Assembly: GCA_046760225.1 (NCBI GenBank)
Contig: JBHIDR010000008.1
Span: forward strand, 1-22,696
Direction: 5' to 3'
Source of the DNA: Candidatus Aenigmatarchaeota archaeon
Lineage (GTDB): Archaea > Aenigmatarchaeota > Aenigmatarchaeia > Aenigmatarchaeales > JACQIB01
DNA: 22,696 bases
The position numbers were made by a program, and so were the translations under genes. The stretch's first letter is position 1, and the number at the start of each line of letters is the position of its first letter. Positions 9,740 through 17,280 of the stretch are shown in pieces. The notes under the pieces were generated by a model. That model made no database searches and was not told where the DNA came from. It saw only the letters and a list, made by a program, of their open reading frames with translations.

Positions 9740-10264
9740 CTAAGTTTTGCCTTGGAAGTGCTCTATGACCTTGTCCAGCACAATCTTGAACCATGGTGTG
9801 TAGTTCTGCGGGTTGTTGCTTACATCCTCCTTCAGCTCATCAATTGTTACCCATTTTATCTCTGCTATTTCCTCTGGGTTGGGCTTTATCTCGCCTTCAT
9901 AATTTCCTATGAAAACATGATCGAACTCGTGCTCTGACAGTTCCCCGTCTGAATCTGCTTGATATATAAAGCTTGTGATTTCCTTGAGTCCTGTGTCAAA
10001 GCCGCATTCCTCGACCAGACGGCGGTGGGCCGCTTCTTCGGTTGTCTCTCCTTTCCTTGGATGGCTGCAGCATGTGTTTGTCCAAAGGCCGCTGAAATGA
10101 TATTTTGAAAGCGCCCTTCTCTGAAGAAGCATTTTGCCTTCGGAATTGAAGATGAAAACTGAGAATGCCCTGTGGAGTGTTCCTCCGTTCTTGTGCGCCT
10201 CTATCTTCTCCATGCTCCCTATTTCATTATCATCCCTGTCAACCAGAATCACGTATTCTGCCAT
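9740..10264 (-). CDS. idi: Isopentenyl-diphosphate delta-isomerase, type 1
   Basis: LHRAFSVFIFN, LLQRRA..KYHF.GLWTNTCCSHP, EHEFDHVF, EIAE..W, YTPWF motifs. Confidence 0.95.
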   Translation of the reverse strand: MAEYVILVDRDDNEIGSMEKIEAHKNGGTLHRAFSVFIFNSEGKMLLQRRALSKYHFSGLWTNTCCSHPRKGETTEEAAHRRLVEECGFDTGLKEITSFIYQADSDGELSEHEFDHVFIGNYEGEIKPNPEEIAEIKWVTIDELKEDVSNNPQNYTPWFKIVLDKVIEHFQGKT

Positions 10265-10354
10265 TCAATCTATTTCCACTCAAATGTTTTAAAGTTAATC
10301 TTTCGACTTCAGAATTTAACGAAGTAAAAAGAGGTGTGCTTTAGTAACTTAATC

Positions 10355-10543
10355 TTATACAGAACCCTTCTCTTTCCTTTTTTCGTACTCTATGTCGCGC
10401 CATAAGAAATAATCATCTTCATATTCAAAGTCCCCAGGAAATTTCGGTCCTATCCTACCCTCTTTAACATGTTGGCTAAACTCTTCAAGACTATTTACAC
10501 TGTACTTTTTCTTCAGTTCACTTATTATTTTATTATTGTTCAT
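10355..10543 (-). CDS. Small hypothetical protein (possibly antitoxin-like)
   Basis: 62 aa from ATG 10543 (MNNNKIISELKKKYSVNSLEEF...EDDYFLW); the longer ORF-track call overlaps RNase P RNA. Confidence 0.55.
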   Translation of the reverse strand: MNNNKIISELKKKYSVNSLEEFSQHVKEGRIGPKFPGDFEYEDDYFLWRDIEYEKRKEKGSV

Positions 10544-10563
10544 TAAAGCCGCCCATGAATAGC

Positions 10564-10842
10564 GGTGTGCTGGACATAGCCCGTCTTCTGTGAAGCGAAT
10601 CAGCGCTGCAATTCGCGCTTCATCTGCATCGCTTTGCAACATTTGACTTAGCTGCCTACCCGCCCCTCTTTCATCATCAGGGCCTACTTGGCATTGCACC
10701 TTGCCGGCTTGTGCCGTGAGAAACCATGAAGCTTCTCTTCGACTGCCTTGACCTCTCGGCCATGCGCCTTGGGCGCGGCAAATGTATCGGTGGACGGAAC
10801 TTCCTCACTGCAGAGCAGCGGTGGTTGCGTGCCCAGCTCACC
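10564..10842 (-). ncRNA. rnpB: RNase P RNA
   Basis: CR-I GAGGAAGUUCCGUCCACC, CR-V ACAGAAGACGGGCUA (P4 pairing), P1 GGUGAGCUGGGCA/UGUCCAGCACACC, P2 GCAAC/GUUGC, P7 UUGCCG/CGGCAA. Confidence 0.93.
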
Positions 10843-10864
10843 AGTTAAAAGTAGATTTCTGGGG

Positions 10865-10872
10865 TTTTTAAA
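10865..10872 (-). promoter_or_regulatory. TATA box of rnpB
   Basis: TTTAAAAA about 23 nt upstream of the RNase P P1 start. Confidence 0.6.
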
Positions 10873-10922
10873 GGTTTGCAGGAAACGATAGCTTTATATA
10901 CCACTTTAAAGTAATAACTATT

Positions 10923-13622
10923 ATGAAGAATCTTGTGGTTACTGCCTTATTGATAGGTATCTTTTTTGCTGTTTTTTCAATATTTTCCTATGCGTCTGGG
11001 GAATGGATAGATCTTTATCCTTCTTACATCGTCCATGTTAATGATTCTTCCTATGCCTCGTTCGGTTTCAAATATCATAGCTCTGATAATAACAGCGCGC
11101 TCTGTATTCTATGGATTGATAACGAGGCCGTGAATGAGACAAGTGCAACCAAAGACATGCAGTATTATCTTTTTCCGAACAAAACTTATGCAGAAGGCTC
11201 ATATACGTGGTATGTCAGCTGCGAGAATGTCACAACAACCAATTCGTCGACAGGAGATTTTTATGTTGACAAGACAGGACCCTATATAGAAGTATTCCTT
11301 TGGCCCTTTGAATCCCTCTACATGGGACCTAACCAGAATCTTACAATAGAATACCATGACATCTGGACAAACATGCCTTCTCCGAATGTTACGACAAATT
11401 GTTCCGCTGACTACTATTATGGCCCATCATCTAGCCTTATCAATCAGACAGCATACGAGGAAACATATGACTGGTCGTTTTTCAATCCCAACTGCGATGT
11501 TGCAGAAGTATATGCATATGCTATTGATGATGCAGGAAATGACCAGTGGCTCAACTTCACCATTGGCCTTGATAAAGATGGCTCAGAATTCGGAAATTCC
11601 ACATTCGAAAACACAACATACAACAGGGTTGAATATCCGGTCATTGAGGTCGAAATAACAGACAGCAAAAGCGGTATTGACTATGTTGTAGGCTACATAC
11701 CGCATGATTATCTTTCCTTTATGTATGAATTTTATAACCTGAGCACGACAGACGGGCAATACGGCGTTGACGGGAATTACTCATTTGAATGGGACACCTA
11801 CATGTACTATCTGAACGGTACTGACAGCTCCTCTTCCCAGTCAACACCAGACGTCGGTGTTGTTGAGGACGAAACAGGAGACTTTATTGTCTTTGTGTGG
11901 ATAGATGAAAACGGCACCAAATCATCTCAAAACTTTGATCCGACTTTCAGTCCATGGACAGAAGGGTTTCTGATTTTTAATTCGAACGGGGAATTCACTG
12001 ATGTATATTCCATGAACCTTTCCTTTGCCACAGAAGACATTATAAGCAATGCAACAAAAGTGGTATATAGGCCAGTCAATCCTGTTACCTACGACTATAT
12101 TGGCTCATGGAACTCTTATATGGAAATAGTGCTTTTCAATGTTTCAAATTCCTCGGAGAACATCCACAACCCAAAACTCAAAAAGAGACTTTACGGGGAA
12201 TATACGAGGCGGGAAAATGTTGGTGCAGTAATAACAGCATTGGACGTTCTGGAAAACAGGAGAAGTTCAACTTATAACTTCACTGCAGATAACACCTTTA
12301 TCTTCGAAAAATATGGTGCAAATCCATCAGAACATGTGAGTTCAAACAATTCTGCAAATATAATGATCAACATAACCACAACGCGCAATGAGGCATATCC
12401 ATGGTTTAATATTTATGATTCGGACAACAAGTCAATTCTGATTCATCCATTCTTCAACAACACATACGGCAATCAGGACTCCGGATTATACATGTACCTT
12501 TGGAACGCAATCGGATTTGATATTGTGACAGAAGAATGGATAGTCAACAATGTTACAGTCGTGGAGGACAGTGTAGCAGAACTGCCGACAGTCTATATGT
12601 ACACCAACGGTACTGTAGATTGGTATGAGGTGTATGGCTATATCGAAAAGGACGGCACAAACTACAGCGCAAGATTGTTCTTTGGCTCTGATGGAATTTT
12701 GGATGATGCAGAATGCTATAATGGCTGTTCATTCGAAGGAGATGGGAATGAGACGTTCATGCCTGCAAGACATACAATCTACGCCTCATACACGCAGAGT
12801 TATTACATACCGGTAAAGTTCACAATATATGACCCGACATACCCTGTGAATGGCCCATTGAATCCTAAACTAAAATCTAGAAGCGTTCCTGACGGGAACT
12901 ACAGCTTTTATTTTGGTGCATATTGGAACAATTACAACAAAACAATGATACTGAGCACTGACAGCACAGCGCCCGACATAACCAATGTATCAGCGGTAAA
13001 TGTGACCAAAAACAGTGCTGTGATAAGCTGGGAAACGGATGAAGATACGATAGGAACAGTGTACTATGGAACTGACGCAGGTAAACTTAATCTGAATGTC
13101 AGCGAGAGCTCCTACGGAACAACCCACTCATTAACACTTACAGGACTTTCAGCAGGAACAACCTATTATTATAAGATTGTTACATTTGACCTTGGCAACA
13201 ACGGCGCTGAAAGCGAAATATTCAGCTTTGCAACAAAAAGTTCCAGTGGAGCTTCAGGAAGTGGAAGTTCTGGCGGCGGAAGCTCGGGAGGGCTGTCTGT
13301 AACAATGTCATCATCCAAGAACACTGCAAATGAGACAGATACCAATACAGCAAATGAGCCAGTAATAAACCAAGAAAATTCAACTGCTTCGGGTAAGAAC
13401 GGTACTAAGGACGTGGCGAGCAGTGCTTCAGAAACACACCAAGGAGGTATGTTTGCCCACAGCATAAGCAACATAGTGGGAATGTTCACCCAGAATACTA
13501 CAACTGGTGTGCTTGCTGTAATAGTCGGCATAAGCGGCGTGGTAAGCCAGTACCTGTACTTCAAGGGTATAGGGAAGAAAAGGAAGAGCAAAAGAAGAAA
13601 GAAAGCTAGAAAGAGGAATTAG
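10923..13622 (+). CDS. Large secreted, membrane-anchored surface glycoprotein with FN3/Ig-like domains
   Basis: Signal peptide, many N-x-S/T sequons, FN3 motif (AVISWETDE...LTGLSAGTTYYYKI), S/G linker, C-terminal TM plus basic tail; TTTATATA about 23 nt upstream. Confidence 0.85.
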   Translation: MKNLVVTALLIGIFFAVFSIFSYASGEWIDLYPSYIVHVNDSSYASFGFKYHSSDNNSALCILWIDNEAVNETSATKDMQYYLFPNKTYAEGSYTWYVSCENVTTTNSSTGDFYVDKTGPYIEVFLWPFESLYMGPNQNLTIEYHDIWTNMPSPNVTTNCSADYYYGPSSSLINQTAYEETYDWSFFNPNCDVAEVYAYAIDDAGNDQWLNFTIGLDKDGSEFGNSTFENTTYNRVEYPVIEVEITDSKSGIDYVVGYIPHDYLSFMYEFYNLSTTDGQYGVDGNYSFEWDTYMYYLNGTDSSSSQSTPDVGVVEDETGDFIVFVWIDENGTKSSQNFDPTFSPWTEGFLIFNSNGEFTDVYSMNLSFATEDIISNATKVVYRPVNPVTYDYIGSWNSYMEIVLFNVSNSSENIHNPKLKKRLYGEYTRRENVGAVITALDVLENRRSSTYNFTADNTFIFEKYGANPSEHVSSNNSANIMINITTTRNEAYPWFNIYDSDNKSILIHPFFNNTYGNQDSGLYMYLWNAIGFDIVTEEWIVNNVTVVEDSVAELPTVYMYTNGTVDWYEVYGYIEKDGTNYSARLFFGSDGILDDAECYNGCSFEGDGNETFMPARHTIYASYTQSYYIPVKFTIYDPTYPVNGPLNPKLKSRSVPDGNYSFYFGAYWNNYNKTMILSTDSTAPDITNVSAVNVTKNSAVISWETDEDTIGTVYYGTDAGKLNLNVSESSYGTTHSLTLTGLSAGTTYYYKIVTFDLGNNGAESEIFSFATKSSSGASGSGSSGGGSSGGLSVTMSSSKNTANETDTNTANEPVINQENSTASGKNGTKDVASSASETHQGGMFAHSISNIVGMFTQNTTTGVLAVIVGISGVVSQYLYFKGIGKKRKSKRRKKARKRN

Positions 13623-13638
13623 ATTATTTCTTTGTTAA

Positions 13639-13815
13639 TTAAGAGCCCATTGGGAAAAGCGCGTAGTCAAGGTAGAGCAAGCGATTGTTTGTGTCCCTTG
13701 CATATCTGAGATTACTACAATAAAGTGCAAGCTCGTCTTCAAGCTCTTTAATCTTCTTAAGTTTTTGGTCAAGGGTTCTAATATCATGGAGAAGTTTGGT
13801 TTCAACTTTGCACAT
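13639..13815 (-). CDS. Small hypothetical protein, 58 aa (not in the ORF track)
   Basis: My translation MCKVETKLLHDIRTLDQKLKKIKELEDELALYCSNLRYARDTNNRLLYLDYALFPMGS; fills the intergenic gap. Confidence 0.5.
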   Translation of the reverse strand: MCKVETKLLHDIRTLDQKLKKIKELEDELALYCSNLRYARDTNNRLLYLDYALFPMGS

Positions 13816-13861
13816 AACTAAGATTAGAACAGAAAAGGCTTATGCTGATATCTTTCTGTTT

Positions 13862-14155
13862 TCAGACCCTGTTCCAGATTGCTGCGAAAATCCAGCCTGT
13901 GATGTAGCCGCATATGAAGGCACCTATCAGGCCAATCACAGCTGCCGTTGCATCGAATGCCAGAACCGTGTACGGGTTAGTGAGCATGTGTACTCCTGAT
14001 ATCCATGCTATAAAAGCGTCTCCGATGCCTGCTGCCACGAACAGAACCCATCCTGCGTGCCATATTGCGAAAATCGCACCAAGGCTGAGTCCTGCCCTGT
14101 GCTCTTCAATCATCAGTCTTGCGGGTTTTCTTGCAGCTCTTCTTCTTTTTGCCAT
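13862..14155 (-). CDS. Small membrane protein
   Basis: 97 aa, hydrophobic segments with H..W and GY..GW.FA.IWN pattern. Confidence 0.7.
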   Translation of the reverse strand: MAKRRRAARKPARLMIEEHRAGLSLGAIFAIWHAGWVLFVAAGIGDAFIAWISGVHMLTNPYTVLAFDATAAVIGLIGAFICGYITGWIFAAIWNRV

Positions 14156-14194
14156 GAAAGTTATTCAGATTGGTTGTAAATAAAGAAATCGTTT

Positions 14195-14262
14195 TTCAGA
14201 TGCTGGGCGAATGTGCCTTCATTGCCCCGCATTTGGCTCGGCACATACTCTGGTAGCATCAA
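14195..14262 (-). ncRNA. K-turn / C/D-like hairpin in the 23S 3' trailer
   Basis: UUGAUGCU...AUGUGC CGA GCC-loop-GGC AAU GAA GGCACAU...AGCAUCUGA. Confidence 0.5.
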
Positions 14263-14294
14263 GCCAGTGGAGGAGAAATTTTAAGGGGGTCTAA
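14263..14294 (-). other. 23S pre-rRNA processing stem, 3' arm (BHB)
   Basis: UUAGACCC-CCUU-AAA-AUUUCUCCUCCACUGGC pairs with 22026-22057. Confidence 0.92.
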
Positions 14295-14509
14295 ACAAAA
14301 AGGCCGTTGGGGGCAGTGAGCTGAAATAGTCGCCGAAGCTTCTATCTTACACCCCTGCTCCATTAAACAGGTCGTCTCGCCTGTGGCCATTGCCTATTTT
14401 TCCCGGACGCTTCAGCCTTAGATGCCTTCAGGCTTTAACGCTTATGGCGTAGCTACCCGGCGTTACCATATGATAACCGGTGAACCAGAGGCCACGAGGG
14501 GGCGTTCCT

Positions 14510-15137
14510 TTTACGTGTGCCTACAAAAGATTAAATTTTACCTTGTTAGAGGTACCAACATGTTTCAAAAACTTTTCCACATTCCTCCATGTAAACACTA
14601 TCAATCTGAAAATATTGTTAGTGCCATTTTTATAGGGCCCATAGATTTTAGCTCTTATTTCCAACCTTTGTAAAATATATTGAGTGTATTCCAGAATTTT
14701 CTTGTCTTTTTGATACATTATTACTCTTATATCAGATTTCTTGTTTTTATTTTTGTATATAGAGCCTTCCGCATCAAAGAACCCCCTCAGGAAACTTATC
14801 TCATCACTTAATGTGTCAAATTTTACTTCATTGAGAGGTTTCATTAAAATGTTCAACACATCACTGTCTAGATTATTCTTGTGAATGTACACATAGATTA
14901 TATAAATTCCGTCAGGAGTTCTTAGAATCTTTGGGTTCTTTCCAGATACGTCCTTCAATATTGGAGCGATTGTATTTTCCAACCATTCCTTGTTCTTCTG
15001 CCTAACTACTATTCTTATCCTTTTGTTTAAATCGTATACGTGGCCATCCGCCAAAGATCCTTTCAAATAAGCCAGGGCTCCTTCCATGCACATTTATTTT
15101 GTTGGTTCCTTTAAATATTTTCTTAAGTAAGGCACAT
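14510..15137 (-). mobile_element. BHB intron 13 (after Ec 2661, sarcin-ricin loop), endonuclease-encoding
   Basis: UACG-AA^A-UGUGCCU...AGGCACA-CGUA-AA^A; splicing restores AGUACGAAAGGAAC. Confidence 0.9.
14521..15093 (-). CDS. LAGLIDADG homing endonuclease (two motifs)
   Basis: LAYLKGSLADGH and FLRGFFDAEGS. Confidence 0.9.
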   Translation of the reverse strand: MCMEGALAYLKGSLADGHVYDLNKRIRIVVRQKNKEWLENTIAPILKDVSGKNPKILRTPDGIYIIYVYIHKNNLDSDVLNILMKPLNEVKFDTLSDEISFLRGFFDAEGSIYKNKNKKSDIRVIMYQKDKKILEYTQYILQRLEIRAKIYGPYKNGTNNIFRLIVFTWRNVEKFLKHVGTSNKVKFNLL

Positions 15138-15296
15138 TTCGTACTTGCCCCTTCTTCGGGTCAGGCAACAACACCCTCAGTAGATATAAACCGTACTGTC
15201 TTTGTCGTTTGGTGTAGGACACCCAAAAAGCATAAGCGAGACAATTCTCTTAGGCTCATAAGCTACTCCTTGCGGGCATATCTAGCCTATGGGGCG

Positions 15297-15365
15297 GTTT
15301 CAGTCATTGCCTGAACTGCCTCGATATAAATTTATCATACCCTGGTATACCAACCTCATTGAAAT
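15297..15365 (-). ncRNA. Possible second intron-encoded C/D sRNA
   Basis: AAUGAGG-guide UUGGUAUACCAGGGU-AUGA...guide GCAGUUCAGGCA-AUGA; weak terminal stem UUUCA/UGAAA; degenerate C'. Confidence 0.4.
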
Positions 15366-15439
15366 GGCTACCAAACTCTGAAAGTTTCGGTCACAGCCAG
15401 AGCTAATGCTCTCTCAGTTGGATCATCTGAGGTATGACA

Positions 15440-15512
15440 GCAGGAATCGGATGTGACCTCATCTGTCATCTGCATAATGCATCATATTATCGACACTAAC
15501 CTCATACCCTGC
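15440..15512 (-). ncRNA. Intron-encoded box C/D sRNA
   Basis: Stem GCAGG/CCUGC, C UAUGAGG, D' AUGA, UGCA/UGCA hairpin, C' GAUGACA, D CCGA; D guide UGAGGUCACAU has 11/11 complementarity to 23S at 21905-21915. Confidence 0.75.
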
Positions 15513-15611
15513 TCGAAGACCACTATTGTTTGCGTCCCACTACCAAATCACGACGTACTGAACCCAGCTAATGTCCCCCTTTGATCAGTGAACACCTGCA
15601 CCCTTGGCTGC

Positions 15612-16414
15612 TTGCAGTTCAAGATAGGAAACCGGTATCAGGCAAGCCTCTTCAAAAATGCCATAATTTCTGGTTTGGTTTTGAATTTTTTCAATTCCAA
15701 TTGTTTTACTTCGTAACTTCTTACTGCGATATCAAGCACTTTATTCTTCTCGTATCCTTCCCAGTTCTTACTATCACCTGTTACCCTTACGCTTGGAATG
15801 AATCTTATTGTTCTCGCAAATTTTTTGATATCTTTTTTCTTTATTAATAAAACTTCATCATTTTCAGGTCTTATAATGGGCTCAAAACCGAGTTCTCTTA
15901 ACAGTGCATATACTTGTCTTCTTATTGTCGGATGCTTACAAGCAAATTTAACCCACTTTTTTATTTCCCATAATCCATATCTCTTATTCCAAACAACCCA
16001 TAAGCTAATTGAACCGTCGCAAGAAAACATTACTTGCAACATTCTAATCTTATGGATTTTAGGAAGTTTGAAAACAAACTTCGGTATTCTGGAATTTGGG
16101 AATTTCCCATTTTCCAGCTGTTTTGTTCTAAATGTGGGTATTAGCGTTAGCAAATATTCTCCTATTCTCTTGCTGGTAACCTTTGTTTTAATAACATCTC
16201 TGTATCTACTATCTCTGAATTGAGTAAATTTTACGTCACCAAAGATGTCCCTCATAATTTTCTTAAAAAGGCTGTGTAATTCTTTGGATTTACCTGTAAA
16301 TTCTATAACCCAGCCTCTACCTTTAGAGCTAACGCTTCCGTCTGTTAAAAGCAACCCTACTAACAAGGCTAAGTGACCCGATACCGGCGTGCTACGCACA
16401 TCCCCATCCTGAAT
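15612..16414 (-). mobile_element. BHB intron 11 (after Ec 2534), endonuclease-encoding
   Basis: GCAG-UA^A-UUCAGGAUGGGGA...UUCCUAUCUUGAA-CUGC-AA^G; second stem CCGGUAUCGGG/CCUGAUACCGG encloses the ORF. Confidence 0.9.
15638..16399 (-). CDS. LAGLIDADG homing endonuclease (probable GTG start inside the intron)
   Basis: LALLVGLLLTDGSV and MLQVMFSCDGSI motifs; G-rich SD-like sequence before GTG 16399. Confidence 0.82.
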   Translation of the reverse strand: MRSTPVSGHLALLVGLLLTDGSVSSKGRGWVIEFTGKSKELHSLFKKIMRDIFGDVKFTQFRDSRYRDVIKTKVTSKRIGEYLLTLIPTFRTKQLENGKFPNSRIPKFVFKLPKIHKIRMLQVMFSCDGSISLWVVWNKRYGLWEIKKWVKFACKHPTIRRQVYALLRELGFEPIIRPENDEVLLIKKKDIKKFARTIRFIPSVRVTGDSKNWEGYEKNKVLDIAVRSYEVKQLELKKFKTKPEIMAFLKRLA

Positions 16415-16440
16415 TACTGCACAGCCAGGAGGGGGGAAGC

Positions 16441-16474
16441 TTCTGCCTACAGTAAGTTTGCACCTAGCTGTAGT
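16441..16474 (-). other. BHB intron 10, 34 nt (after Ec 2508)
   Basis: CUGU-CG^A-CUACAG...CUGUAG-GCAG-AA^G. Confidence 0.88.
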
Positions 16475-16499
16475 CGACAGCGAGGTAGCAACGCGCGGG

Positions 16500-16745
16500 T
16501 TCTCGTTCCGAGAAGGGCTATAATTTCTCCCCAATTGGTTCCTCAAAAATAAATCTGACTTCTTGCTTTTATTTTGAAACGATTTTTTAAGTGACATAAA
16601 ATCACTGACCGAATATTTGTCGAAACTTCTTTATCTAAATTTCGTGTCTGGATAATATCAATGACCGAAATTGAGAATATGGAAGTTGAGACAGAGGTCA
16701 AGTGATTTTATGGAACCTATTGAAGAGAAAACCCCTCACCGAAAT
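16500..16745 (-). other. BHB intron 9, 246 nt (after Ec 2483); probable endonuclease-deleted remnant
   Basis: AUCG-AC^A-UUUCG...CGGAA-CGAG-AA^C (one mismatch in the central helix); splicing restores AUCGACCCCGC. Confidence 0.82.
16622..16690 (-). ncRNA. Conserved intron RNA motif, copy in intron 9
   Basis: UC-AACUUCC-AUAUUCUC-[stem]-UAGAUAA-AGAAGUU-UC. Confidence 0.75.
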
Positions 16746-16751
16746 GTCGAT

Positions 16752-16791
16752 TTGCTCATTGCTATCTTTCTGTTGAAAGATTTGAGCAATT
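16752..16791 (-). other. BHB intron 8, 40 nt (after Ec 2477)
   Basis: GCUC-CU^A-AUUGCU...AGCAAU-GAGC-AA^A. Confidence 0.88.
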
Positions 16792-16964
16792 AGGAGCTCT
16801 CGCCCGCCACGACTCTGTTATCCCCGGGGTAGCTTTTCTGAAGTCACCGGCATCCATCAAGGACAAACTGGTGTATCGTTAGCCCACGCTTTCGCGGCTG
16901 GATCCTTTACTGTGCAGAATCCAGTCAGGCCTCCTTTTGCGCTTACACTCTACTCCTGATTTCT

Positions 16965-16995
16965 TTCTGGAAGCAATAGCTATGACTAATGCTAT
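16965..16995 (-). other. BHB intron 7, 31 nt (after Ec 2306)
   Basis: CUGG-UC^A-UAGCA...UGCUU-CCAG-AA^A. Confidence 0.85.
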
Positions 16996-17014
16996 GACCA
17001 GGATGAGGAAACCT

Positions 17015-17053
17015 ATGCCCGAATATCTCCCAGACTAATCTGATAGATACTCT
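17015..17053 (-). other. BHB intron 6, 39 nt (after Ec 2287)
   Basis: GCCC-AA^A-GAGUAUCU...AGAUAUUC-GGGC-AU^A. Confidence 0.9.
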
Positions 17054-17280
17054 TTGGGCGCCCTTGATCTCCTGTCAAGGGCGTACCGCCCCAGCCAAGC
17101 TGTCCACCAACCGGTGTCCCCCCGAGTCGAGGGTTAGCCATACAGTCACAAAACGGCAGTGTTACATTGGCGCCTATCCAACGCCCGAAAACGTTGGCTT
17201 AGCAGCTCCTGCCTACACTATGGAAACGTAACCATACAGCAACGACAGGCTACAGCAGAGCTTTCCGTTGAGGTAAATAG

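Larger units (their letters stand above)
15202..15548 (-). other. BHB intron 12 (after Ec 2597), ORF-less, rich in C/D and K-turn motifs
   Basis: GUCG-UG^A-UUUGGU...ACCAAA-CGAC-AA^A; splicing restores GUCGUGAGACAG. Confidence 0.9.

Noticed and set aside
10544..10699. N-terminal extension of ORF 10355-10699
   Set aside because: It overlaps the RNase P RNA gene on the same strand.
14190..14297. 5S rRNA downstream of 23S
   Set aside because: No 5S consensus; the segment is explained by the processing stem and a K-turn hairpin.
15638..16597. 319-aa ORF-track call as the real endonuclease
   Set aside because: Its first 66 codons cross rRNA exons and two other introns; GTG 16399 inside intron 11 is more plausible.
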